64,000 bases of DNA, from IMG/VR virus record IMGVR_UViG_2773858068_000002, positions 113 through 64,112 of that record; one strand, written 5' to 3'. Position numbers and translations under genes: made by a program. The stretch's first letter is position 1, and each line of letters opens with the position of its first letter. Below, piece after piece: positions 37,063-45,766 of the stretch. A model generated the notes under the pieces. That model made no database searches. It worked only from the letters and a program-made list of their open reading frames with translations, and was not told the origin of the DNA. This DNA comes from a virus. Taxonomy: Duplodnaviria > Caudoviricetes.

Positions 37063-37524
37063 ATGAAGAAAATGCAACGCCGCTCCGGCACCTTGGCCCG
37101 AGGCGATCTGGAAATCATCGCCTACCGCGGCCGTACTGGGAAAACCGAGCGCTTCCTGATCAAGAACCTCTTTACCGACGCTGGCCTGGCCTACCTGGCG
37201 GCCCGCGCGGCGGGTGAAGCGGTGGACGTGATTTCCCACATGGCGCTGGGCATTGGTACGACGCCGGCGGCCGGGGTCGATGGCGCGTTGGAATCCGAAA
37301 TTGCCGGGAGCCGCGTACCCGTGACGATTTCGGGCGTGGGCGCCGAGCGGCTTTATACGGCAACCTTCGGTGAAGGCGTGGGCTCGGGCCCCGTCACGGA
37401 GGCGGGCCTGTTCAACGCAGCCACGGCGGGGATGATGACGAACCGCTCGGTGTTCGGCGTGAAGAACAAGGAACCCGAGGATGTGTTCACGATCAACTGG
37501 ACGCTGGCGCAGCAGCGCGGGTAA
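37063..37524 (+). CDS. Tail-fibre-associated virion protein
   Basis: NLFTDAGL...HMALGIGTT...LESE...TEAGLFNA...FTINWT. Confidence 0.75.
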   Translation: MKKMQRRSGTLARGDLEIIAYRGRTGKTERFLIKNLFTDAGLAYLAARAAGEAVDVISHMALGIGTTPAAGVDGALESEIAGSRVPVTISGVGAERLYTATFGEGVGSGPVTEAGLFNAATAGMMTNRSVFGVKNKEPEDVFTINWTLAQQRG

Positions 37525-37527
37525 GCC

Positions 37528-38829
37528 ATGGGCCGATTGCTCACACTTCGGCGCAACCTGGCGCGCCTTCTGACCCGCGACGAGGTCGATGACAACTTCG
37601 TCAACGTTGTGACCGATTTCTCTGGCGCCGAGGATCCCGCCTCCCTTGCGGGTGCCTTCGTCTTGCCCTTCATGCGTTGGGCCGACACGGGTACGGGCTG
37701 GCTCAAACGCCGCAATGCCGCCAATGACGGCTGGGTCGAAGTGGCCCGATTGCTGCGCCGGACGGTCCAGCCCTTCGACGCGAGCGAGACGCCCACCAGC
37801 GACATCGGGCCTATCTGGTTGAATGGCCAGGGCATGGCGGAATGGGAGGTGTCGAAAGGCAGCTACAGCGTTCGCTCGGAACTGCCCGTGGGTAAGGTGG
37901 ACTGGTGCCCGCTGAGGGCAGCCGTCTGGGCCGGTTGGATCCCTGGCGATGGCCAGACGGTGTCCCGCGCCACTTTTCCGGATCTCGCTCAGGCCGTGAT
38001 CGACGGTCGGGTGCCGGTTGTGTCGGAGGCCGAATGGCAGGCCGAACCGCTGAAGCGCGGCGCCTACACACTCGGCGACGGTTCCACGACCATCCGCGTG
38101 CCGGACTACAACGGTAAGTCCGCTGGCTCCCTCGGTGCGATCTTCCTTCGGGGAGATGGCCTGCTGTCCGCCGAGACGAACGGCCTGATCCAGCGAGATG
38201 CTCTTCAGAACATCACGGCTACGATTAGCTCTCGAAGTGGTCCCATAGTTGGTGGATCGGGGGCAGTTCAGGTCACAGCAGGTGGCGGCGCAGCTGGGGT
38301 GACACCCACGCCGTCCAGCGGCACTCCGCAGAATGCAGACACCACGACCTTCGACGCGTCCCGCGTGGCACGCACTGCGACGGAAACCCGTCCGCTAGCA
38401 GTGTCCGGCTGCTTCGTCATCAAGGCGTTCGGCGCGGTGGTCAACCCTGGCAGCGTGGACGCTGCACAGCTTGCGACGGATTACGCCGTACTGAACGCCG
38501 CGGTTCAGACCGCACAGGGGCAAATAAGCAAAGCGTTTGGTGTGGGACAGCAGTGGTACACCTACACGGCGGCCGAGCGCGGTGGGTCCAACACCTACGT
38601 CAATAGCACTCCCCAGCCCATCCTTGTGAAGTACACGGGCACGTCTACAGCCGCAGGCAATCTAGCGATGGTCCTCGATGGTGAAAATTACCTCCGGATT
38701 TTTTGGGACAGCTCTAACGTAGGGGCTGGGATCGGGGCGACCATGCTAGTCCCGCCTGGAGGCAACTACTCAGTTGGGGGGGCCAGCTTTAATCGCGGCA
38801 CATGGAGTGAATACCGGGGGTATCGCTGA
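37528..38829 (+). CDS. Tail fibre protein
   Basis: Collar-like PVG...GW...DGQTVSRATFPDL, YTLGDGSTT.RVPDYNG; AT-richer C-terminal tip FGVGQQW...TYVNST.QPI. Confidence 0.85.
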   Translation: MGRLLTLRRNLARLLTRDEVDDNFVNVVTDFSGAEDPASLAGAFVLPFMRWADTGTGWLKRRNAANDGWVEVARLLRRTVQPFDASETPTSDIGPIWLNGQGMAEWEVSKGSYSVRSELPVGKVDWCPLRAAVWAGWIPGDGQTVSRATFPDLAQAVIDGRVPVVSEAEWQAEPLKRGAYTLGDGSTTIRVPDYNGKSAGSLGAIFLRGDGLLSAETNGLIQRDALQNITATISSRSGPIVGGSGAVQVTAGGGAAGVTPTPSSGTPQNADTTTFDASRVARTATETRPLAVSGCFVIKAFGAVVNPGSVDAAQLATDYAVLNAAVQTAQGQISKAFGVGQQWYTYTAAERGGSNTYVNSTPQPILVKYTGTSTAAGNLAMVLDGENYLRIFWDSSNVGAGIGATMLVPPGGNYSVGGASFNRGTWSEYRGYR

Positions 38830-39272
38830 TGCAACACTTTCAAGATACGGCCACCGGCCAGTATTGGGCGTTGGACGACGATGTTGCAGTCACTGTCGCC
38901 GTCGATGGGTTGATCTTCCGGAACGCCCTGGGTGAGTTGCTGGCGAGCGTGCCGAAGACCCTGGTGGCAGTGGCGGAGATTCCAGAGCCTGAGCCGCAAG
39001 TGAACATCCCGCGTTCCGTCTCGCGCTGGCAGGGCCGGGAAGCCATGCTCCTAACCCGCTACGGCAACCCCGCGGACCGAGTGTCGGTATTCGATGCCGT
39101 CGTTGAGCTGATGAGCCACGCCGAAACGCCGGCGTACTACGTGCGGGCGTGGGAAGAGCTGCAGGACTTCGAGCGCGACAGCCCGACGTTGATTGCCATT
39201 GCGGACGAACTGGGCCTTGCCAGCGATGATTTGGACGCGTTGTTCCTGCTCGCAGCATCGCTCAGGGCCTAG
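38829..39272 (+). CDS. Tail fibre assembly/chaperone protein
   Basis: Coupled to the fibre; VSRWQGREAM...FERDSPTL..IADELGL...LDALF..A. Confidence 0.75.
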   Translation: MQHFQDTATGQYWALDDDVAVTVAVDGLIFRNALGELLASVPKTLVAVAEIPEPEPQVNIPRSVSRWQGREAMLLTRYGNPADRVSVFDAVVELMSHAETPAYYVRAWEELQDFERDSPTLIAIADELGLASDDLDALFLLAASLRA

Positions 39273-39335
39273 CCGGCGCTGCGCGCCAGCAGAAGCAACG
39301 AAATAGGGCCGTGGGCCCACCATACCGGAGAAGAA

Positions 39336-39683
39336 ATGGCAGAACCTACCAGCGGGATCGGGGCAGCGGCGTCCACTGCGTCCGGGCTCCTCTTCGGGGC
39401 GATGCTGCCCGGAGTGGACAGCGGCGCGCTCATCGGCGCGTTCGCGGGCGCGGCCGTGTTCATCCTGCACAACAACGAGCTGGGCGTCGTGAAGCGCCTG
39501 GTCTATGGCCTGGTGTCTTGGCTCATCGGTTATTTCGCGGCGCCCGAGCTGGGGCGCATGATCGGGATCCAGGAATCGGTGGTTACCGGCTTCGGCGCGG
39601 CCGCGGTGGCGGTGACCCTTGCTGTCACCCTGATCGAGAAGATCAAGGCCGCGGATTTCACTTTCTGGAAACGGGGAGGCTGA
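39336..39683 (+). CDS. Putative holin (3-4 TM)
   Basis: ALIGAFAGAAVF...LVSWLIGY...GFGAAAVAVTL; basic C-terminus. Confidence 0.75.
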   Translation: MAEPTSGIGAAASTASGLLFGAMLPGVDSGALIGAFAGAAVFILHNNELGVVKRLVYGLVSWLIGYFAAPELGRMIGIQESVVTGFGAAAVAVTLAVTLIEKIKAADFTFWKRGG

Positions 39684-39684
39684 C

Positions 39685-39996
39685 ATGCAACCTGCGGACA
39701 TGACCGTCGCCGTCACGGGCCACCATCTGGTGGCCCTTCTTTTTGTGGTCGCGAATTTCGCCACGGCGCTGCGCTTGGCGTGCTATAGGCGCTGCGGGGC
39801 CCGGTACCGCCCTGGCATGTCGGTGGTGGCGTACCTGATGTTCGTGTTCACGGGCGGACAGGCATTGGACGTGGTCATCCGCCATAGCGCCGTCTCGCCG
39901 TGGCAACTGGGCCTGGCTGTCCTTTTGGCGGTGCTGGTCTACCGCGCGCGCGGCAACGTCGCCAATATCGGCAAGCCGGTCGGTCGGGCGAGGTAG
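39685..39996 (+). CDS. Second holin/antiholin-family membrane protein
   Basis: LRLACYRR.GARYR..MS..AYL...VYRARGNVA phage holin pattern; 3 TM. Confidence 0.75.
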   Translation: MQPADMTVAVTGHHLVALLFVVANFATALRLACYRRCGARYRPGMSVVAYLMFVFTGGQALDVVIRHSAVSPWQLGLAVLLAVLVYRARGNVANIGKPVGRAR

Positions 39997-39998
39997 GT

Positions 39999-41654
39999 AT
40001 GCGGGAAGCGGAAAAGGCCTTTACGGGCATGCTGCCCCGGCTGGAGCCTCATGTCCTGCCCGCCGGCGCCAGCCAGGACGTGCTGAATGCCGACCTGCAG
40101 CGCGGCTCCCTGGTGCCGTTCAAGAGGCCGGCCAAGGTGGCGGACCTGGCCAAGGTGGGCACCAAGTTGGCCATCTATCGGTTTGGCCGTTCGCTTGATG
40201 ACGACGCGCGCTACTGGTTCCACTGGCTCAACGATACCGATGTCGCGCGCGGCGCCATCCCCGACGATACGCAGGAACGCACCTATTTCACCGAGGCGGG
40301 CCAGCCGCCGCGCGTCACCGATTCGACGATGGCCACCACCGACGAACTCATGCCGTCGGCCTGGTACCGCCTGGGAATCCCGGCGCCCACGGTGCGTGCC
40401 ACGGTGACGGTGGCTGAGCAACCCGATCCGCCCAGAAACCTGGAGCGGCAGTCCTGCCTGCTGGCCTATACCTTCGTTTCCGCCTGGGGCGAAGAGGGCC
40501 CGCCGAACGAGGTCAGCGACCCGTTCAACGCGGCGACGGATGACACGCTCAACGTCATCAACCTGGAGAGGCCGCCGGCCGGCGAATACAACATCACGCT
40601 CAAACGCCTGTACATATCGACGACGGACGCGACCGGCACGGCCATCCTTCGCTTCTGGAAGGAGGTTCCGGCCGGCGCGGTGGAATTCTCCGACAAGGTG
40701 GATTTCACGGAGCTGGGCGAGGCCTTGCCGGAGCACGCCCTGGTTCCCCCGCCTGATGATCTCTTCGGACTGTTGGCGCACCCCGGCGGGTTCATGATCG
40801 GGTTTTCGGGCAAGCGCGTGTATCGGTCGGAGGTCTTCAAGCCTTTCGGCTGGCCGTACTACTCCCCGGTTGCCGACGAGATTGTCGGCGGCGACATCAT
40901 GGGCCAGGCCACGGTGATATGCACCAAGGGCGACACATACCTGGCGCCCCAGGCGGATCCTGTCATGCTGACTCCCGTACGGCTGGAAGGGAACCAGCCA
41001 TGCGTCGCGAAGCGCACCATCAAGGCATTCAAGGGAGGCGTGGTGTACGGCTCGCCGGACGGCCTGGTCATGGTCGACCAAGCCGGAGGCATGGGCGTGG
41101 TGAGCGAGGAACTGTTGACCCGGGACCAGTGGCAGGCTTACCGGCCGGAGTCCATGCACGCCAGCGTGCACGACAACCGCTATTTCTGCTGGTACGACAC
41201 GGGCACCGAGCGCGGCGGGCTGATCTTCGACCTGACGCGCGGCGCGATGTCCCTGACCCGCACGGACGTCTATGCCACGGCGTCCTACTCCGACGGACGG
41301 CGAGATGAGCTGTTCCTGGCGCTGCCGGACGGGAACGTCCACAAATGGAACGGCGGCGCGTTGCCGCTGGCCATGCGCAGGGTCAGCAAGAAATACATCC
41401 TGGAGCGGGCCCAGAACATCGGCGCCGCCCAGGTCGTGGCCGCGGCCTACCCCGTGACGTTCCGGCTGCGGGCCACGATCGAGGCTGTGGGCGGTCCGCG
41501 CGAGGTCGTCGTGGAGCATCAGGTCGCGAGCGGCCGGCCGTTCCGCCTGAAAGGGAACTACCGGGCGCGTAGCTTCGAGTTCACCGTCGAAGGCAGCGCG
41601 GCGGTCTCCGAGATCACGGTGGCGTCCGTCCTCGCCAACGTCACGGCGGTCTGA
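39999..41654 (+). CDS. Tail tube/nozzle (packaged-DNA stabilisation) protein
   Basis: 551 aa; AYTFVSAWGEEGPP, SEVFKP..WP, YGSPDGLV; podovirus position. Confidence 0.75.
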   Translation: MREAEKAFTGMLPRLEPHVLPAGASQDVLNADLQRGSLVPFKRPAKVADLAKVGTKLAIYRFGRSLDDDARYWFHWLNDTDVARGAIPDDTQERTYFTEAGQPPRVTDSTMATTDELMPSAWYRLGIPAPTVRATVTVAEQPDPPRNLERQSCLLAYTFVSAWGEEGPPNEVSDPFNAATDDTLNVINLERPPAGEYNITLKRLYISTTDATGTAILRFWKEVPAGAVEFSDKVDFTELGEALPEHALVPPPDDLFGLLAHPGGFMIGFSGKRVYRSEVFKPFGWPYYSPVADEIVGGDIMGQATVICTKGDTYLAPQADPVMLTPVRLEGNQPCVAKRTIKAFKGGVVYGSPDGLVMVDQAGGMGVVSEELLTRDQWQAYRPESMHASVHDNRYFCWYDTGTERGGLIFDLTRGAMSLTRTDVYATASYSDGRRDELFLALPDGNVHKWNGGALPLAMRRVSKKYILERAQNIGAAQVVAAAYPVTFRLRATIEAVGGPREVVVEHQVASGRPFRLKGNYRARSFEFTVEGSAAVSEITVASVLANVTAV

Positions 41655-41656
41655 AG

Positions 41657-42826
41657 ATGGCAGTCTCTAAGCGGTCCGGCCTGCGCTACGCAGACCTGCC
41701 GGCGATCGAAACCGCCAGGTTTCCGGACAACGCGGCCGCCACGCGCGCGCTGGACCAGATGCGCTTGACGTTGATGACCCGATTTGGGCAGGGCGGTCAG
41801 GCGGTAGACCGGGCTGTTACCTGGGGCGACCTTGTCGAGAGCGGCATCGTCACGATGCGCGGCGCCGATGGTAAGCCGATCCTGATCAAGAACCCTGGCG
41901 GTACTTTCCAGCCCAGCACGCCGCCCGTGGTCGACGGGATCCCGCCGGCGCCAACAGGGTTCACGGCGACGCCGGGCCTGGGCACGGTGGTGCTGGAGTG
42001 GGACAAGCCCAACTTCGCCTACTTCGGCTATGCGGAAATCTTCCGCGGCACGACGGACAACCAGGCGCAGGCGGTGAGCGTGGGCCAGACCACGGGGTGG
42101 GTCTACGCCGACCCGGTGGGCGGCGCCTCGGCGACCACCTACTACTACTGGATCCGCTTCGTCTCGGTGGGCGGCAAGATCGGCCCGTTCAACGCGGTTG
42201 GCGGGACGACCGGAGCCGTCTCCCTGGACCCGGCGTACCTGATCGACGTGCTGTCGGCCGCCGGGGACCCCAACGCGCTGCTGTACGAAATCCCGGAGCC
42301 GACCGAGATAAACGGCGTGCCGGTGCCGGCGGGCATCTACATCCGCGACCTGTTCGTCGCCAATGGGTCGATATCCAACGCCAAGCTGGGCAACGCGGTC
42401 ATCACGGACGCCAAGGTGGCGAACCTGTCCGCGGCCAAGGTCACTTTCGGGGAGATGAGCGGAGATCGCATCGCGGCGAACAGCATGAACGCCGACCGGC
42501 TGACCGTGGCGTCGCTATCGGCGCGCCTGGCAGTCATCACGGATGCCTACGTCAAGACGGCCAATATCCAGGACGCGGCGATCACGAACGCCAAGATCGC
42601 CAACCTCAGCGCCGACAAGATCACGGCGGGCGTCCTGAGTGCGGCACGGATTGGGGCAGGGTCTATCACGTCCGACAAGATCAACGTCGCTTCGCTGTCC
42701 GCCATCACTGCCACCATCGGCCTGCTGCGCACTGCCGTCAGCGGCGCGCGCCTGGAGATCCGGGACAACCTGCTGCTGGTGTTCGACGGCAACAACGTGC
42801 TGCGCGTGCGGCTGGGAATCTGGTAG
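41657..42826 (+). CDS. Tail tip/host-specificity protein with FN3-like domain and I.NAKI..LSA.KI repeats (J C-terminus-like)
   Basis: PPAPTGF, YYYWIRFV, tandem ANLSAAKV/ANLSADKI, terminal LRVRLGIW. Confidence 0.8.
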   Translation: MAVSKRSGLRYADLPAIETARFPDNAAATRALDQMRLTLMTRFGQGGQAVDRAVTWGDLVESGIVTMRGADGKPILIKNPGGTFQPSTPPVVDGIPPAPTGFTATPGLGTVVLEWDKPNFAYFGYAEIFRGTTDNQAQAVSVGQTTGWVYADPVGGASATTYYYWIRFVSVGGKIGPFNAVGGTTGAVSLDPAYLIDVLSAAGDPNALLYEIPEPTEINGVPVPAGIYIRDLFVANGSISNAKLGNAVITDAKVANLSAAKVTFGEMSGDRIAANSMNADRLTVASLSARLAVITDAYVKTANIQDAAITNAKIANLSADKITAGVLSAARIGAGSITSDKINVASLSAITATIGLLRTAVSGARLEIRDNLLLVFDGNNVLRVRLGIW

Positions 42827-43116
42827 TGCCCGCCGGCCTCGAAACCTACGGGCCCAACGGCGCCACGCTGGTGTCGTACACCAGCAGGATAGGACGGCAG
42901 CTGGGCAGCCTGAATACGGGCACGTCGAACGGGTCGGTCTACTTGCCGGAACTGGCGCAGGGTGTCCCCTGGATGGCGACGCTTTCGCCCGGGGCCAGCG
43001 GCGGGTCCCTGAATACTCCGGCCATCGTCATGAACGGGTACACGATCTCCTGGTCCTTTGTCGCTGGCATGCCGGGCGACCGCCGGGGGGTGAAGATCGT
43101 GTACGGGGTGCGCTGA
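42826..43116 (+). CDS. Small tail-tip accessory protein
   Basis: GTG start MPAGLETYGPNG...KIVYGVR; coupled. Confidence 0.7.
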   Translation: MPAGLETYGPNGATLVSYTSRIGRQLGSLNTGTSNGSVYLPELAQGVPWMATLSPGASGGSLNTPAIVMNGYTISWSFVAGMPGDRRGVKIVYGVR

Positions 43117-43766
43117 TGCCGGCCGGAATGCAGGTGTGGAACGCATACAGCGAACTGATCGTCGATGGGCCGAGCATCACCATGTTCCTGAGGCACGCGG
43201 GGGCGATGAGCAGCTCGGTTGTGCTGCCGGCGTCGGATCCCGTGGTGTTCTTTCGGCCGCTGGGCAGCGAACCTACCTATCTCACGGCAATTCACGACGG
43301 CGCAACCTTGACGCTCACCGCGGGCAACAGGCCGGCGGAGTACTACGTATTCGACCGGCCGGTAGATGGCAGCTACCTGGACGTGTTCGACGGCAACGGG
43401 GCACAGATATTCACGGCGGCGCAGCGCCCTCTGAACGTGGTGGGCAGTGTCACCGTCGGGAACTACTACGACGCCTACCGGACCGCGTACGCCGATGGCT
43501 GGACTTATAGCGGCCTGGTGGGCGGCAAGTACGCCTACAACGCGGCCTTTGTCCGCCGCGGTTTCGATTCTTCGCCGCTGCCGGGCGGGGGCTGGCAATG
43601 CCGCATCCGGCCCGAGGGAATCCTGCCGACGGCCAACGGCTTCTTCACGTGCTTCACCGAGCAGTTCACGCCGATCTTCGGCTGGAGCCCGACCAACGCC
43701 AACAACTTCATCAGCTACGAACCGACGTGCCACGTCTCGATCATCGACGTGGCCGGAATCCTCTGA
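43116..43766 (+). CDS. Tail-tip accessory protein
   Basis: MPAGMQVWNAYSELIVD...LDVFDGNGAQIF...IIDVAGI; TGATG coupling. Confidence 0.75.
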   Translation: MPAGMQVWNAYSELIVDGPSITMFLRHAGAMSSSVVLPASDPVVFFRPLGSEPTYLTAIHDGATLTLTAGNRPAEYYVFDRPVDGSYLDVFDGNGAQIFTAAQRPLNVVGSVTVGNYYDAYRTAYADGWTYSGLVGGKYAYNAAFVRRGFDSSPLPGGGWQCRIRPEGILPTANGFFTCFTEQFTPIFGWSPTNANNFISYEPTCHVSIIDVAGIL

Positions 43767-43789
43767 ATCCCTTCCGACCAAGGATCACC

Positions 43790-44092
43790 ATGCAAAAGCA
43801 GATCGAAAGCGTCATCCTCTCCAACGTGGGGAATCGCCTGACGCAGGAGCTGGCCTACGGCCTGATCATGACCATCAGCCATCTGGCGCAGCAGGCAGTG
43901 GGCGCCGCGCATGCGGCCGCGACGACCGGACCTGCGGCCGACCAGGTTGGCGCACCGCCGGCGCCGGCCAATCCGACGGCGGGCCAGTCGGGCGGTTTCC
44001 AGGAGTTCGTGGATCCGGCATACGCGCGCCCGCCGGAGGCCAAGCCGAAGAGGGCGAGGAAGCCCACCACGCCCCAGAGGGCGCGCCGATGA
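43790..44092 (+). CDS. Hypothetical protein
   Basis: MQKQIESVILSNVGNRLTQELAYGL...; RBS AAGGA. Confidence 0.7.
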   Translation: MQKQIESVILSNVGNRLTQELAYGLIMTISHLAQQAVGAAHAAATTGPAADQVGAPPAPANPTAGQSGGFQEFVDPAYARPPEAKPKRARKPTTPQRARR

Positions 44093-44562
44093 GCGCGCCT
44101 TTTTTTTCACCTGACGTGGCCATGCGCTGGATGCGCGGCAACGCCAGCGCCGTGGAATTCCTGCGTGGCGCTTTCGAGGTGGCGCACTTCTACGACGACC
44201 TGATCGACCGCGACAAGGTCATCGACGACGCCCAGGTGCACGCGGCGATGCTGCAGGCGCTGGTCCTGCTGCCGCGCAACGCCTTCTACCGGGCGCACTT
44301 CGCGGACCTGAACGCCGTGCTGGCGAACGCTGTGACGAACTGGCGGATTGCGACCGACTTGGAGCGGCGCGGCGGCGTGGCCGCCAAGCGCACCGCCTAC
44401 GTGCTGCGCGCCTCCTACGTGGATCTGGTGACGCACAGCGCGTTGCTGGTGGGCGGGCAGGGCTGGGCATGCCAGGTGGGTGTCGAACTGCGCCAGCTGG
44501 CCGAGCCGTACCCCGAGTACTTGACCAACCTGGAGGCCGAGAAGGCCGAGCGAGGTGATTGA
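44089..44562 (+). CDS. All-helical protein with DDxxD motif
   Basis: HFYDDLIDRD...ALV.LPRNAFY; directly upstream of the ejection genes. Confidence 0.75.
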   Translation: MSAPFFSPDVAMRWMRGNASAVEFLRGAFEVAHFYDDLIDRDKVIDDAQVHAAMLQALVLLPRNAFYRAHFADLNAVLANAVTNWRIATDLERRGGVAAKRTAYVLRASYVDLVTHSALLVGGQGWACQVGVELRQLAEPYPEYLTNLEAEKAERGD

Positions 44563-44563
44563 C

Positions 44564-45766
44564 ATGGGCTGCATGTCGACGGAAGTGAAACAGGACCCGG
44601 CAGTCGGCCGGGCGCAGGAGGCCAATGCGCAGTTGGGCATGCGCGCGCAGGATCTGGCCGAGCGAAATTTCGAATGGAACCAGCAGCTGACCGAGCAGTT
44701 CGCGCCCACGTATCAGGCGCTGCTGAAAAGCGCGCTGGGCGAGGCGACTAAGAACGCCGAGCGCGGCGACGATCAATGGAATCAGTACAAGAGCGTTTTC
44801 CAGCCGATCGAAAACAAGATGGCCGAAGAGGCCATGAACTACGACAGCCCGGAGGAAGTGGCGCGGCGCGAAGGCCTGGCCGCGGCGACCGTGGGCCGGC
44901 AGTTCGACAACACCCAGGCGCAGACGTCCCGCGAAATGGCGCGCATGGGCGTCTCGCCCACCAGCAGCCTGGGCAGCACCGCGATGACCGACCAGGCCAA
45001 TGCGCGTGCCCTGGCTACCGCCGGCGCCGTGAACAAAGAGCGCAACGACACCAAGCTGCTGGGGATGAGCCTGCGCGAGAACGCCGCGCGCTTCGGCCGG
45101 AACCAGACCGGGACCAGCATCGCCGGGTCGCAGGCGGCCCTGGCCGGCGGCAATTCGGCTGCCGGGATCATGGGCGCCCAGACGAACCAAGGCAATGCGG
45201 CCGGGACCGGTCAAGGGCTCCTCGGGGCGGCCGGAGGTGCCTACAACTCCATGGGCAACCTGGGCATCAGCCAGATGCAGATGCAGCAACAGGCGAATGC
45301 GGCAGGTCAGGCGGGCCTGGGTTCGCTCGTTGGTACGGGCTTGATGGCTGGCGCCATGGCGTTCTCCTCCAAGGATTTGAAGGAGGAGGGCGCGCCCGTA
45401 AATGACGACGAAGCACTGGCGGGACTGACGAAAGTGCCCGTGGAGAGTTGGAAGTACCAGGATGGCGTGGCCGACGGCGGGCGGCACGTGGGCCCCTATG
45501 CCGAAGACATGCAGGCCCAGTTCGGCGATCAGGTGGCGCCCGGCGGCATCGGCCTGGACATGGTCAGCGTCAGCGGCCAGCACCATGCGGCCATCCGTGC
45601 GCTGGCCAAGAAGGTGGCGCGGCTGGAGCAGCGCCGCGGCGCCGCACGTTCGGACGAAATTGGATTGGAGCCCGTTGCGGTGGCAGCGAGCGAGGAGGCC
45701 GGCGCGCTGCCGTCGGCGTTGGCCGGCGATTTGTCGGCCGGGTTGGTTGGATTGGAGAGGATCTGA
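44564..45766 (+). CDS. Probable ejection/pilot protein fused to C-terminal S74 intramolecular chaperone
   Basis: Ala/Gln/Gly helical body; after a hydrophobic Gly-rich segment, FSSKDLKE...L..V.V.SW.Y...GP.AED...F (ICA pattern). Confidence 0.75.
   Translation: MGCMSTEVKQDPAVGRAQEANAQLGMRAQDLAERNFEWNQQLTEQFAPTYQALLKSALGEATKNAERGDDQWNQYKSVFQPIENKMAEEAMNYDSPEEVARREGLAAATVGRQFDNTQAQTSREMARMGVSPTSSLGSTAMTDQANARALATAGAVNKERNDTKLLGMSLRENAARFGRNQTGTSIAGSQAALAGGNSAAGIMGAQTNQGNAAGTGQGLLGAAGGAYNSMGNLGISQMQMQQQANAAGQAGLGSLVGTGLMAGAMAFSSKDLKEEGAPVNDDEALAGLTKVPVESWKYQDGVADGGRHVGPYAEDMQAQFGDQVAPGGIGLDMVSVSGQHHAAIRALAKKVARLEQRRGAARSDEIGLEPVAVAASEEAGALPSALAGDLSAGLVGLERI

Noticed and set aside
37528-38829. Diversity-generating retroelement or invertible tail-fibre cassette (as in Bordetella BPP-1 or Mu)
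   Set aside because: No reverse transcriptase, no TR/VR duplicate of the fibre tip, and no invertase or inverted crossover sites seen
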